From Candidatus Fermentibacterota bacterium (lineage in GTDB: Bacteria; Fermentibacterota; Fermentibacteria; Fermentibacterales; Fermentibacteraceae), in contig OY970370.1 of NCBI GenBank assembly GCA_963718745.1, forward strand, positions 1,479,904 through 1,543,903: a stretch of 64,000 nucleotides of DNA. The letters run 5' to 3'. Numbering within the stretch: the first letter of the stretch is position 1; every line of letters begins with the position of its first letter. The translations under genes were made by a program, and so were the position numbers. Of the stretch, positions 9,178-19,333 are shown piece by piece. Under the pieces are notes generated by a model. It was given only the letters and a program-made list of their open reading frames with translations, was not told the origin of the DNA and did not search any database.

Positions 9178-9915
9178 GTGCTCGGGCTGGCAGGGATTGC
9201 GCTCGGTCTCGTCTCGACGGTGACGGGCGTCTTCCTGATGGGGGTCTCGGGCGACTGGGGGCGCCGGGTCTCGGCCTCGGCGACGGGTCTCGCCCAGGGC
9301 ATCGAAGGCGCGGAACGGGCGATCGCAGTTCTGAGCGACGACCTCGAGGGGACCACCTCTCTCCTGGGGAGAGTCAGCCTCACAGTCAGGCAGACATCCG
9401 CCGTAGTCCAGCAGACCCGGACCACGCTGGACAGGGTGGATGAGGCCGGAGTCGAGATGATCGAGTTCTCCCTGCTGCTCTCGGACGATCTCGACGCGGT
9501 CTCCGGACTCCTCGGACCCGTGGGCGGGGGGCGTCTGCAGCAACCTGCGTCCAGGCTCAGGCTCGCAGCGGCTTCCGGGGACTCGGCCGTCGCGAGCTTC
9601 TCGAGTCTCAGGTCGAGGATGGGCTCACTCTCGGGAACGCTTGCCGATGTGGCCGACTCCGTCGACTCCCTGTCGATTGATCTTGGGGCGACGAGCTCTG
9701 CGATCGCGGAGGCAAGAGGGGGGCTCTCCAGCATAAGGGAGGCGATGGAGATCCTGTCGACGACAGAGATCGCATCGACCGTCCTGTTCCTCTTCGGAGT
9801 GCTGCTGTTCTTCCTCGGAGTGCAGGAGATACTCCTGGGGGCTATCCTCGGGCGGACGGGGCCGGACCGCCTGCAGCGACCCTCCCGGACCGGGGCAGGG
9901 ATCCGGAATCCCTGA
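9178..9915 (+). CDS. hypothetical membrane protein (N- and C-terminal TM helices, S/L-rich coiled region)
   Basis: ORF with TM segments at both ends; no recognisable family. Confidence 0.4.
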   Translation: MLGLAGIALGLVSTVTGVFLMGVSGDWGRRVSASATGLAQGIEGAERAIAVLSDDLEGTTSLLGRVSLTVRQTSAVVQQTRTTLDRVDEAGVEMIEFSLLLSDDLDAVSGLLGPVGGGRLQQPASRLRLAAASGDSAVASFSSLRSRMGSLSGTLADVADSVDSLSIDLGATSSAIAEARGGLSSIREAMEILSTTEIASTVLFLFGVLLFFLGVQEILLGAILGRTGPDRLQRPSRTGAGIRNP

Positions 9916-10996
9916 CGAGTCCGGGGTCGTCGTCCACCGGGACAGCCTCCCTCTCCAGCAGGTGCTCGTCGGCCGGAATGCTCCCGAGCCGTGCGATGGT
10001 GTTCGTCTCCCTGTGCCTGATCGCCAGATTCATCCAGTTGTACTGGCCCGGGAAGTCCGTCCCGAGCCGGGTTATCCTGTCGAACAGGGACTGCGCCGCA
10101 GCCTCCCTTTCCCCGGGGAGCCGGAGCCGTTCGAGCGAGATCCTGTATCTGAAGCCAGGCAGGGTGTGGTTCACGGCCAGCAGGAGTGCGCACCCCGCGG
10201 CCTCCCTCAGCCTGTGGAAGGTCGCAGGCGCCAGCACGGGGACTCCGAAGCTCCGGGTCCAGATGCCGTGAGCTCCTCCGTAACCAGTGGGCGCTGTCTG
10301 GACTATCGCGCCCGATTCCAGCGCCCTGTACATCCACCTGGGGTTGTCGGACGGGAAGGCCATGTGATGCGTCCTCTCCGAGACCGACAGCCTCGCACGC
10401 CTCACCGCCTCGGGGGCGCCCGCGTAGTCGGTCGAAAGGACGTGCATGTCGTATCCGGACCTTGCCATGACGATGTGCATGGTTCGCTCGTCCCCGAAGT
10501 GCGGCGCCAGGAGGAGGACCCCCCTGCCTTCCGAAACGGCCTGGTCGAGTTCCGTGCGCCCCTCCCACTCGACGGCCGACTGCAGGTCCGCCTCCGACAT
10601 CTCCTCGGCGTGGAAGAGCCCCAGCATCGCTCTCTGGTGGGTCCTCCAGTATTCCGCGAGGACGGTCCGTCTCCATGAATGGCTGCGATCGGGGAAGATC
10701 CGCTCCAGATGGCCGAGGTAGATTCTCCTCCGGCCGTTCCTGCCGCGGGAGTCCGCTGCGAGCCGGACGCGCGCCAGCACTGCCGTCAGGAGATCCGGAT
10801 GCGCTCTCCCCACAGAGTTGTAGAGCCGTTCTACGACCGCATAGTACGTGCTTCTGACCAAATCCGCTCCATCCGAGGTCTGTGCCGGACCGGCAAGTGC
10901 CCTATAATATGAACGGGAGGTATGCCGTGAGAACGCCGCTATTGCTGTTGCTTGCGGTTTCCCTGTCCGCGCCGGGAGGATCCTTCGAGCTGGCAC
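9842..10996 (-). CDS. lipid A biosynthesis (Kdo2-lipid IVA) lauroyl/myristoyl acyltransferase family (LpxL/HtrB-like)
   Basis: LLAPHFGDERTMHIV... LPLAT/LpxL-like core; start uncertain; 3' end overlaps convergent ORF 9178..9915 by ~74 nt. Confidence 0.5.
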   Translation of the reverse strand: MPARRILPARTGKPQATAIAAFSRHTSRSYYRALAGPAQTSDGADLVRSTYYAVVERLYNSVGRAHPDLLTAVLARVRLAADSRGRNGRRRIYLGHLERIFPDRSHSWRRTVLAEYWRTHQRAMLGLFHAEEMSEADLQSAVEWEGRTELDQAVSEGRGVLLLAPHFGDERTMHIVMARSGYDMHVLSTDYAGAPEAVRRARLSVSERTHHMAFPSDNPRWMYRALESGAIVQTAPTGYGGAHGIWTRSFGVPVLAPATFHRLREAAGCALLLAVNHTLPGFRYRISLERLRLPGEREAAAQSLFDRITRLGTDFPGQYNWMNLAIRHRETNTIARLGSIPADEHLLEREAVPVDDDPGLVRDSGSLPRSGRVAAGGPAPSARG

Positions 10997-11484
10997 GGGA
11001 TACGCTCGACATCCCGGTGGGACAGTACCGCTGGATCGGATTCACCGTGGACATCGCCCAGCAGGAGCAGTCACGGGTCGAGGGATTCCTGTCGCTGTCG
11101 CCGGACTCGGCCGGGATAGAACTGGTCCTCATGCACCGGGACGACTTTGCGCGCTGGTCGGCCGGGCTCCCGGATGTCGACACCCTCTTCTACTCCCGGA
11201 CGGGGAGCGGAGAGGTGCTCATACCGATCGAAGGAATGGGCGACATGGCCCTGGTCCTGTCGAACAGGGGCAACTACCACCGCACTGGCGTCATCGCCTC
11301 CCTGGACTTCGCCTTCGCTGGCGACGGAGTCCCTTACAATCCCCTCCTGACCGGGAGCAGGATCGTAGTAGCCGTGCTCGCGGGCGGAGTGGCCCTGGCC
11401 CTTCTGCTGGGCATAGTCGTGAGGGAGAGCGGCAGGAGGCGCCGACGGCGCCGGGGGGTTGACGGTCCGGAGGCGCGGGCATAA
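10927..11484 (+). CDS. hypothetical secreted/membrane-anchored protein
   Basis: GTG after GGGAGG; signal peptide VRTPLLLLLAVSLSAPGG; C-terminal TM + R-rich tail. Confidence 0.4.
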   Translation: MRTPLLLLLAVSLSAPGGSFELARDTLDIPVGQYRWIGFTVDIAQQEQSRVEGFLSLSPDSAGIELVLMHRDDFARWSAGLPDVDTLFYSRTGSGEVLIPIEGMGDMALVLSNRGNYHRTGVIASLDFAFAGDGVPYNPLLTGSRIVVAVLAGGVALALLLGIVVRESGRRRRRRRGVDGPEARA

Positions 11485-11509
11485 TTTCCTACAAATAAAG
11501 GGGAGAAAT

Positions 11510-11977
11510 ATGCTGGTCTCCACGAGGAGCAGATACGGTCTGAGGGCGCTGGTCGGAATAGTCCGCGGCGGGTGGACCAACCCCCTGTCTCTTGCAGAGC
11601 TTGCGGAAGCCGAAGAGGTTTCCCAGCGCTATCTCGAGCAGATCTTCATCAGGCTCCGCGAGGCCGGCATCGTCAGGGGGAGGCGGGGTCCGGGCGGTGG
11701 CTACGTCCTGTCCCGAGACCCCTCCGAGATATCCCTGCTCGAGGTCATAAGAGCTCTGGAAGCCGATTTCATGGTCACCGACTGCTCGGAGGACTCCCCG
11801 AAATGCTCGGGCTCCAGGGAGGTGCTGCGCGTGCCCTGCCACAGGCAGGAGGGCTGCGCGACACGCCTGCTATGGAAGCATCTCCGCAACTGCTGCTTCA
11901 GGTATCTGGGAGAAAGGTCGCTTCACGATCTCGTCAACGGCACGCTAAGCGAGGATGAAAATGTGGAAGTATTCTGA
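11510..11977 (+). CDS. Rrf2 family transcriptional regulator (IscR-like, 3 Cys Fe-S ligands)
   Basis: MLVSTRSRYGLRAL HTH start typical of Rrf2; CSGSREVLRVPCHRQEGC cluster-ligand cysteines; RBS GGGGAG. Confidence 0.8.
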   Translation: MLVSTRSRYGLRALVGIVRGGWTNPLSLAELAEAEEVSQRYLEQIFIRLREAGIVRGRRGPGGGYVLSRDPSEISLLEVIRALEADFMVTDCSEDSPKCSGSREVLRVPCHRQEGCATRLLWKHLRNCCFRYLGERSLHDLVNGTLSEDENVEVF

Positions 11978-12527
11978 CAAGCTGATGGATCACTTCGTCA
12001 ATCCCAGGAACGTCGGCACCATCGAGAACGCCGACGGGCACGCCCAGGTCGGCTCCCCCGTGTGCGGGGATGCCATGACCCTGGACATATCCGTCTCGGA
12101 TGACGGCAGGATCAGTGAAGTCAAGTTCCGGACGTTCGGCTGTGCGGGCGCGATAGCCTCCGCGTCCGCCCTGACCGAGATGGTCGCGGGCAAGACGCTG
12201 GAAGAGGCTCTGGCGGTGAAGAACAAGGATATAGCCGACTATCTCGGCGGCATGCCTGAAGAGAAGTACCACTGCTCCGTCATGGGCCACGAAGCCCTCC
12301 ATGACGCCATCGAGGACTTCAGGGCCAGGACCGCCGAAGTCGAGAAGGAGGCGGGGGCGATCCCCGGCGCGTTCCCCGGAGCCCGGGGTCTGTCCTTCCT
12401 CAGGGCGAGACCCGGAGCTGTAGTATTCAGGACGGATGGCGAGCCGCCCGAGGGTCTCGCGGAGAAGATTGCTGAAGCCCTCTCTGCAACCCTGGGCCGC
12501 AGGATAGAGGTGGAGCTGTCAAGATGA
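11955..12527 (+). CDS. nifU: Fe-S cluster assembly scaffold NifU/IscU-like
   Basis: YSDKLMDHFVNPRNVG...GSPVCGD...GCAGAIAS...HC scaffold motifs plus C-terminal extension. Confidence 0.8.
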   Translation: MKMWKYSDKLMDHFVNPRNVGTIENADGHAQVGSPVCGDAMTLDISVSDDGRISEVKFRTFGCAGAIASASALTEMVAGKTLEEALAVKNKDIADYLGGMPEEKYHCSVMGHEALHDAIEDFRARTAEVEKEAGAIPGAFPGARGLSFLRARPGAVVFRTDGEPPEGLAEKIAEALSATLGRRIEVELSR

Positions 12528-13684
12528 GGGTCTATCTCGACAACAACGCCACCACGCCACTGGATCCCCGGGTCCTCGACAGGATGCTCCCGTTCCTGCG
12601 CGAGCTCTTCGGCAACCCGTCGAGCTTCCACTCCTTCGGCAGCTCCGTCATGGAAGCCGTGGAGGAGGCGAGGGGACATACAGCCGCTCTTCTCGGCGCC
12701 GAGCCCGACTCCTCCCGGACCCCTTCCGTCGTCTTCACGAGCGGAGGGACCGAGAGCGACAACTGGGCGCTCGAGGGAGCCCTCGAGCTGACGGGTCGGA
12801 AGACGATAGTGACCACTCCCGTCGAGCATCCGGCCGTCCTGGAGACCGCGAGGCAGCTCGAGAGAGAGGGTTTCGGCCTTCGCCTGCTCCGCGTGACGTG
12901 CGACGGAGCACTCGACATGGACAGCCTGAGCGATGCCCTGGACGAAACTGTGGCGGTTGTCTCCGTCATGGCGGCCAACAACGAGACCGGCGTGATCATG
13001 CCGATCGCAGAGTGCGCGTCGCTGGCACACGGCAGCGGAGCCCTCTTCCACACGGATGCCGTTCAGGCCGCGGGCAAGATCCCTCTCCATGCGGCCGCGG
13101 ACGGGATAGACCTCCTGAGCATGTCAGCGCACAAGATCCATGGGCCCAAGGGGGTGGGAGCGCTCTACATCAGGCCGGGGCTGAATTTTCCCGCCCTTAT
13201 CCATGGCGGGCACCACGAGAAGGGTCTTCGAGCGGGCACCTACAACGTACCCGGCATAGTGGGTCTGGGTGAGGCCGCCCGACTTGCATCCGCAGAGCTG
13301 GAGTCGGGCATCCGGCCCGTCGCGGCGATGCGCGACAGGTTCGAGAGGGAGATGCTCGCGACCTGCCCGGGAGCAAGCATAGCTGGAGCCCTCGCCCCGA
13401 GGCTACCCAACACTACGACGGCACTGTTCAGCGGGGTCGAGAGCGAGGCGATCCTCACCCTGCTGGACATGCGCGGCATAAGCGTCTCCTCGGGATCGGC
13501 CTGCAGCACCGGCAGCAAGGATCCGAGCCATGTGCTGAAGGCGATGGACATCGACCGGAACCTCGCCAACAGCGCCGTCCGGTTCAGCCTCAGCCGCTTC
13601 AACACGGAAGCCGAGATCGACTACACGCTCGAGGTCCTGTCCGGAGTGATTGAGAAGCTGAGGATGATCTCGCCCTACACCTGA
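12524..13684 (+). CDS. nifS: cysteine desulfurase NifS/IscS
   Basis: SAHKIHGPKGVGALYIR PLP lysine and SSGSACS active-site Cys loop. Confidence 0.85.
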   Translation: MRVYLDNNATTPLDPRVLDRMLPFLRELFGNPSSFHSFGSSVMEAVEEARGHTAALLGAEPDSSRTPSVVFTSGGTESDNWALEGALELTGRKTIVTTPVEHPAVLETARQLEREGFGLRLLRVTCDGALDMDSLSDALDETVAVVSVMAANNETGVIMPIAECASLAHGSGALFHTDAVQAAGKIPLHAAADGIDLLSMSAHKIHGPKGVGALYIRPGLNFPALIHGGHHEKGLRAGTYNVPGIVGLGEAARLASAELESGIRPVAAMRDRFEREMLATCPGASIAGALAPRLPNTTTALFSGVESEAILTLLDMRGISVSSGSACSTGSKDPSHVLKAMDIDRNLANSAVRFSLSRFNTEAEIDYTLEVLSGVIEKLRMISPYT

Positions 13685-13706
13685 CGGGCCGCCATCCGGG
13701 GGTCCG

Positions 13707-14474
13707 TCAGATGAGGCCCGGCAGCACCGACGCAGAAACTTCGAACCCGAAACCCGGGTCGTCCGCCATCTCCACCTCGGCCGACGCAGAGGCATGGAGC
13801 CAGTCCAGCGGTGCCGCCACGGCTCCGAAGGCGAGGAGCGGATCGTGTGCGGTGCGCGCTCCCGCCGCGAGGAAGATCTGTACGTCGGGAAGCACGAAGC
13901 TCGCACAGCCCACCCCGATATCCAGTCCGTCCCGGATCCTGGCATCGAGTGGATCCTGCCCGCCTTCGGCATAGTAGTCGAAATCCATCGTGAGCCTGAC
14001 GAGCCGGTAGACCGTACTCGTGCAGAAGCCCGCCCGCAGTTCGGCACCCCGGTCGCGCGGAGCATCGCCGGTGGGGAGGGAGAGGGAACTCTTGAGGGCC
14101 AGCGCCGTGCCGCCCCGTGTGGTCTCATAGAGGTATTTCACTCCCAGAGACAGGTCGCCCGGCAGGCCGCCTTCGTAAGCGGAGTCGTGGAGGTAGACGG
14201 GGAGGCGCGCCCCCGCCTCGAGACCTTCGCCTGCGCCCCAGGTCGCGGCGAGGGACAACGGAACGGCTCCGAAGTCGCCTCCGGGCATGTCCGAGCCCAG
14301 GCCGACCCCCAGGCGCAGTTCCCCACGAGGGACGAAATCAGCTGATTCCACATGCCAGTAGCCGGACAGCCCGGACTCGGTCCAGGCCGTGCACGGAAAG
14401 TCCGAAGGCGGCGTGGAGGCCATTCCCGCGGACATTATCAGAATCGTGATCATCGCGGGCATCGAAACCTCCAT
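13707..14474 (-). CDS. outer-membrane transporter-like beta-barrel protein
   Basis: signal peptide MEVSMPAMITILIMSAGMASTPP; beta-strand periodicity, aromatic-rich; start chosen at 14474. Confidence 0.45.
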   Translation of the reverse strand: MEVSMPAMITILIMSAGMASTPPSDFPCTAWTESGLSGYWHVESADFVPRGELRLGVGLGSDMPGGDFGAVPLSLAATWGAGEGLEAGARLPVYLHDSAYEGGLPGDLSLGVKYLYETTRGGTALALKSSLSLPTGDAPRDRGAELRAGFCTSTVYRLVRLTMDFDYYAEGGQDPLDARIRDGLDIGVGCASFVLPDVQIFLAAGARTAHDPLLAFGAVAAPLDWLHASASAEVEMADDPGFGFEVSASVLPGLI

Positions 14475-14553
14475 GATGCTGTTGACCGGCGGGGAAGATA
14501 GGCAGAGAATAGACTGCCGGCCAAACCGCCGTCGGAAGGGAGCGTCGCCTGAG

Positions 14554-14946
14554 ATGAGCACCGGGTCCACTGCCGCGATCCTGCTGGCTCTCCTGTCCCT
14601 CGCGGGGCTCGCGGTGCTCCTGTTCACCGACCCGCCCGTTCCGCCGCCCCCAAGGGAGCCGGAGGTCGGAGAAGCCCCGGCCATCGAGGCCCTCTGCGGC
14701 CGGGTGGCGCTCGGAGGGATGCCCAGGGTGCAGATGCGGTCGGATACCACCGTCCTGGTCCTCGACCTCGACGGCGGCCTCTACACGATGACCCAGGCCA
14801 ACCAGTTCCTCACCAGGGCTCTTGCATCCGCCCGCTGCGCTCATGCCGAGACCAGGGCGAGGCCCGACGGCGGACTGACCTTCTTCGCGTCATATCCGGA
14901 CGGCAGACCGCTCCGGATGGAGTTGAAACCGGTCGGCTCCAGCTGA
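14554..14946 (+). CDS. hypothetical membrane-anchored protein
   Basis: ATG 14554 followed by TM helix AAILLALLSLAGLAVLLF. Confidence 0.3.
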   Translation: MSTGSTAAILLALLSLAGLAVLLFTDPPVPPPPREPEVGEAPAIEALCGRVALGGMPRVQMRSDTTVLVLDLDGGLYTMTQANQFLTRALASARCAHAETRARPDGGLTFFASYPDGRPLRMELKPVGSS

Positions 14947-15104
14947 AGGATCGTTGACAGCGGCAAGCTGATGCGGTTATTGATCGCCTTCCGGCATAAC
15001 CGTCAAGACAGTGGGTAACCGCTCCGATCTGGGGCCTCCGGCCCCTCGACGCGTCCGGCACACGGGGGCTGGAGCGGGGGACATTACAGGAGGTTGCCAG
15101 AGTT

Positions 15105-17996
15105 ATGAAGCGTTCCTCCCTGGACTGGAGGCTGCTGAGTTCAGCCGCCCTCTTCATCCTCGCCGCAGTGCTGATATGGCCGACGATCAACTGGTACTCC
15201 ATGCCCGAGTCGGAGCGCGACAGGGCCGAGGCCAGCGTGCAGCCCGAGACGGACAACCCACACTTCCTGGCGCTTCTCGATGAGATGAGGGCGGAAGGGG
15301 GAGAGGAGACTCTCGCCCGCTACCGTGACGTCTACGAGCAGAGCAAGGGGACCATCAAGCTGGGGCTCGACCTCCAGGGAGGCATGTACCTCTCCTACAT
15401 AATCGAGCCGGTCGGCGGCCTCGAACCTTCCGAAGCCATCGAGCAGGCTCTCGAGACCATCCGAAACAGGGTGGACGAGTTCGGCGTCTCCGAGCCGTCC
15501 ATCACCCGCCAGGGCGACGACCGCATGGTCGTGCAGCTTCCCGGCATCAGGGACCCGGCGCGCGCCCGCTCGATCGTCGAGAGGCAGGCGCTCCTCGAGT
15601 TCAAGATAGTCGCCTACCCGACCCCCAGGGTGGGGATCCCCTCCGATGTGCCGGTCCTTGCCGAGATCGACGGGCTGCTTGCAGCGGAGATCACGCAAAT
15701 GCCGGTCGAGATCGACAGCACCCTCGTCTCCCCGTCCATGGACGTGGAAACCATGCAGGAGGTCCTGGATACCGCCGAGGGAACGAGTCCGGTCGAGGAC
15801 TCCGTCCCGGCGGAAGAGGATTTCTCCCTGCCGGAGGCCGTGCCTGTCGACCAGGATCTTGCGCTGCCAGTCCCCGGAGACTCGCTGCTCACGATACCCG
15901 AGATCCCCGTCGCCGGGACGGGCGGGATGTTCACCGGGCTGATCGAGGGTGCGGACGAGTATTCCGCTCTCTCCCTGAGCATCTCCCCCGGAGACTGGAT
16001 GATCGCCTCTGGCGAGAACTACGAACTCTTCGTCAGCTACTCCTCGAGGGCCGACGTCGAATCCCTCCTCGTCAGCCGGAATCTGCAGATCGTCCTCGGC
16101 CGCGAGGCCGAGACCCCCTCCGGGATGTACAGGTCGATCTTCCTCGTGCCGCTGGACGTAACCCGCGGCTATGACGAGAACACCGGGCTTGTCAGGGAAT
16201 ACTACTCCCTCACCGGCGCTTCGCTCACAGATGTCTATGTCAGGATGGGCGACGGCCAGTCCCTGAGCAACGCCCCCTACCTGATCCTCGAGTTCGACTC
16301 CGAGGGTGCCTCGAACTGGGAGCGCATCACGGGCGAGAACGTCGAGGAGCGCGTCAGCGTCATCCTCGATGGCACGATGTACTCCGTCGCCACCATCCGC
16401 GAGAGGATCTCCGGATCCAGCACGAGGCTGTCCGGGGGATTCTCCGTCCAGGAGGCGCGCGATCTGAGGCTCGTACTCAAGGCGGGTTCGCTGCCCGCGC
16501 GGCTCGTCCTCGCCGAGGAGCAGACGATCGGCCCGAGCCTGGGCCGGCAGGCGCTCGACAGGGGACTCCTCGCCGCCCTGATCGGATTCGCAGTAGTCGC
16601 GGTGTTCATGATGGTCTACTACGGGACCGGCGGTGTGATTGCCACTGTCGGCCTGCTCCTCAACATGCTCCTGATCCTGGCCGTCCTCTGCTTCCCCGGC
16701 CCGCTCGCGCGCCTGGGCCTGGCAGGGCTCGGAGCAACGCTCACCCTCCCGGGCATCGCGGGCATCGTCCTGACCATAGGCATGGCGGTGGATGCGAATG
16801 TCCTCATCTTCGAGCGCATACGCGAGGAGCGCCGGTCCGGCAAGAGCATCCGTCCGGCCGTCGATGCCGGTTTCTCCCGCGCCTTCACGACGATCCTCGA
16901 CTCCAACCTGACCACGCTCATCACCGCCCTGATCCTCTACAGGTTCGGGACCGGCCCGATACGCGGCTTCGCCGTAACCCTGTCGATCGGTATCCTCGCG
17001 AGCCTCTTCTGCTCGCTGGTGTTCGGCCGCGGGATGTTCGCACTCCTCCTGCAGAAGAAGTCACGGACCGACATCAACCTTGGCAGGCTCGCGTTCTTCC
17101 TGAACTCGGCCATAAGGTTCGTGAGCGTCCGGAAGATCTCCTACATCGCCTCCCTCGCACTGATCATGCTCGGAGTGGTCGCGTTCGCGGTCTCCGGCGG
17201 GTTCAGGATGTCGATCGACTTCACGGGCGGGCTGGAGACGAATGTCACCGGTCCTGACGGGATGTCGGTCGAACAGCTCCGTGGAGCCCTGTTCGATGCG
17301 GGTCTCGAGGGAGTCCAGGTCCAGGAGCTGGAGGACTACGTCGGGGAAGGCGAGGCTTTCGTCATCAGGACCTCCACGATGGATTCAGAGCAGGTGAACG
17401 CCACCCTCGTCGAGAACGGATGCTCGCCCATGGGCAGCGACGAGGAGGGAGTCTCCTACATCCGGCAGATCGGCCCCAGGGTAGGCTCGGAGCTTCGGTC
17501 CAAGGCCATAAGCGCAGTCCTGCTCTCCTGGGCCGCGATCATCCTCTACGTCTGGTACAGGTTCCAGCTGAAGTGGGGCATCGCCGCCGTCGCGGCCCTG
17601 GTCCACGACACTCTCATAACGCTGGGCTTCCTGGCCTTCACTCGGATAGAGATCTCCCTCACGATCATCGCGGCCATCCTCACGATCATCGGCTACTCGA
17701 TAAACGACACGATAGTCGTGTTCGACCGGATCAGGGAGAACCGCCGGCTTCGCAAGGGCAGGACATTCGAGGAGACCGTGGACCTGAGCGTCAACGAAAC
17801 CCTCAGCAGAACGGTGATAACGGCCCTGACGACGTTCCTGGCCGTCCTGTCGCTGTTCATCTTCGGCGTGGGCGAGATCGCGGACTTCGCGCTGACGATG
17901 TGCCTTGGTCTCGTGGTCGGCACCTACTCCTCGATCTTCGTCGCCAGCATGCTCCTCGTGGACTGGAAGAGCCGCAGGGACCGCGCGAACCAGTAG
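15105..17996 (+). CDS. secDF: protein-export membrane protein SecDF (fused)
   Basis: 963 aa; SecD N-terminal TM + periplasmic domain + 6 TM, then SecF-like second half (FVSVRKISYIASLALIMLGV...). Confidence 0.9.
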   Translation: MKRSSLDWRLLSSAALFILAAVLIWPTINWYSMPESERDRAEASVQPETDNPHFLALLDEMRAEGGEETLARYRDVYEQSKGTIKLGLDLQGGMYLSYIIEPVGGLEPSEAIEQALETIRNRVDEFGVSEPSITRQGDDRMVVQLPGIRDPARARSIVERQALLEFKIVAYPTPRVGIPSDVPVLAEIDGLLAAEITQMPVEIDSTLVSPSMDVETMQEVLDTAEGTSPVEDSVPAEEDFSLPEAVPVDQDLALPVPGDSLLTIPEIPVAGTGGMFTGLIEGADEYSALSLSISPGDWMIASGENYELFVSYSSRADVESLLVSRNLQIVLGREAETPSGMYRSIFLVPLDVTRGYDENTGLVREYYSLTGASLTDVYVRMGDGQSLSNAPYLILEFDSEGASNWERITGENVEERVSVILDGTMYSVATIRERISGSSTRLSGGFSVQEARDLRLVLKAGSLPARLVLAEEQTIGPSLGRQALDRGLLAALIGFAVVAVFMMVYYGTGGVIATVGLLLNMLLILAVLCFPGPLARLGLAGLGATLTLPGIAGIVLTIGMAVDANVLIFERIREERRSGKSIRPAVDAGFSRAFTTILDSNLTTLITALILYRFGTGPIRGFAVTLSIGILASLFCSLVFGRGMFALLLQKKSRTDINLGRLAFFLNSAIRFVSVRKISYIASLALIMLGVVAFAVSGGFRMSIDFTGGLETNVTGPDGMSVEQLRGALFDAGLEGVQVQELEDYVGEGEAFVIRTSTMDSEQVNATLVENGCSPMGSDEEGVSYIRQIGPRVGSELRSKAISAVLLSWAAIILYVWYRFQLKWGIAAVAALVHDTLITLGFLAFTRIEISLTIIAAILTIIGYSINDTIVVFDRIRENRRLRKGRTFEETVDLSVNETLSRTVITALTTFLAVLSLFIFGVGEIADFALTMCLGLVVGTYSSIFVASMLLVDWKSRRDRANQ

Positions 17997-18041
17997 CCGC
18001 AACGGGATCGGTTCCCAGGGACCGGTTCCGACATGGTACGG

Positions 18042-18080
18042 AAAAGGCCGGGAGCTCCACAGGGGCTCCCGGCCTTTCGA
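18042..18080. terminator. bidirectional intrinsic terminator between convergent secDF and histidine kinase genes
   Basis: AAAA-GGCCGGGAGC-loop-GCTCCCGGCC-TTTC: 10-bp GC stem flanked by A-run and T-run. Confidence 0.6.
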
Positions 18081-18091
18081 TCAGGACCTCG

Positions 18092-19333
18092 TCAGGAGCG
18101 GTCCGGCCCGTCGCCCCGTAGCGGCAGGCAGAGTCTCACGCAGGCGCCTCCCTCGGGCGCACGGGCGTATTCGACCCACCCTCCGTGAAGGGCCGCGACT
18201 CTCTCGACTATCGCAAGACCCAGGCCCGAGCCAGTGCTGGCGGGATCCCTTACGAAGGGTCGCCCCAGCTTTGCCGCGATCACCGGATCGAACCCGGGGC
18301 CGTCGTCCATCACCGAAGCGCACGCATGACCGCCTTCGAGCGACAGGGAGATCCTGACCCTGCCGGATGCGTGCTTCACTGCATTCCTGACCAGGTTGGA
18401 AAGCGCCCGGGCAACGAGGCCCGCATCGGCCCGGCACATCGCCGAACCCTCGATGCCCAGCTCGATCCCGGGTCTGCTCCAGCTCTCCGCCGCGGCCACC
18501 TCGGACGCCACTACCTCCAGGTCGATCGGGGTGACTGTGATGCCGTCCGACCTCGAGAGCCTGTTGAATGCAAGCAGTTCGGTCAGCAGCATGTCCATCC
18601 GGGAGAGGTCCTCCTCCATCCTGGCGAGCCTGCCGTCATCAGTCGTACTGGTTGCATCCTTGAGCAGTTCGAGGGCGAACCGCATCCTGGCGAGGGGGGT
18701 CCTTATCTCGTGGGCAACCATGCCGAGAAGCTCCTGATGGGAAGAGATCAGAGCCTGAATCCTCCCCGCCATCTCGTTGAAGGTCCTGCCCAGGGAGTCC
18801 ACGAGGTCTCCCTGCGGGGCGGTTTGCACCCTGGCGGCGAGATCCCCCGAGGCTATGGCCGCTGCCGCTCCCTCCAGGCGGGAGAGCCTCTTCTTCAGGG
18901 GTCTCAGGGAGGTCATCAGGACTGCGCCTTCTGCTACCACGAGAAGCCCGACGAAGAGCCACGGGATGAGCCAGCCCAGCCCGTGCCTGCCCCTCGGGAT
19001 GACGGGGACCTCGACCTGGAACCCCAGTTCGGCAGGAAGCCCCGGGATGAAGATGTGTCCGGGTCTCGGGGGTTCGAACGGCATCCCGCTCCGCGCTCCC
19101 GGGAATGGGATTATCCTGGCGTCGATGTCCATCGAGTCGGCGATGGCAAGGATCCCTCCGGGCGACTGCGGTTCGTGCCGGAGGATCTCCTCCCTGAACT
19201 CGGTCAGGGTGTTCCTGTAGTAATCCCCGGCCCTCTCCGGGATGAACTTGAAGGCCAGGATGAAGGCGATGCACAGGACAGCGAGGATCGTAGCTGCAAG
19301 CGGGAGGTAGATGTGCAGGAAGAGCCTGTTCAA
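18092..19333 (-). CDS. sensor histidine kinase (TM-HAMP-HisKA-HATPase)
   Basis: HEIRTPL H-box, HATPase N/G boxes (DDGPGF, GSGLGL); TTG start after GGAGGGAGG overlapping RR stop; ORF-track 733-aa ORF is an upstream read-through. Confidence 0.8.
   Translation of the reverse strand: MNRLFLHIYLPLAATILAVLCIAFILAFKFIPERAGDYYRNTLTEFREEILRHEPQSPGGILAIADSMDIDARIIPFPGARSGMPFEPPRPGHIFIPGLPAELGFQVEVPVIPRGRHGLGWLIPWLFVGLLVVAEGAVLMTSLRPLKKRLSRLEGAAAAIASGDLAARVQTAPQGDLVDSLGRTFNEMAGRIQALISSHQELLGMVAHEIRTPLARMRFALELLKDATSTTDDGRLARMEEDLSRMDMLLTELLAFNRLSRSDGITVTPIDLEVVASEVAAAESWSRPGIELGIEGSAMCRADAGLVARALSNLVRNAVKHASGRVRISLSLEGGHACASVMDDGPGFDPVIAAKLGRPFVRDPASTGSGLGLAIVERVAALHGGWVEYARAPEGGACVRLCLPLRGDGPDRS

Noticed and set aside
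9087-10676. 529-aa minus-strand ORF
   Set aside because: Pro/Arg/Gly-rich low-complexity. It is out of frame with the LpxL-like gene that occupies the same region with recognisable motifs.
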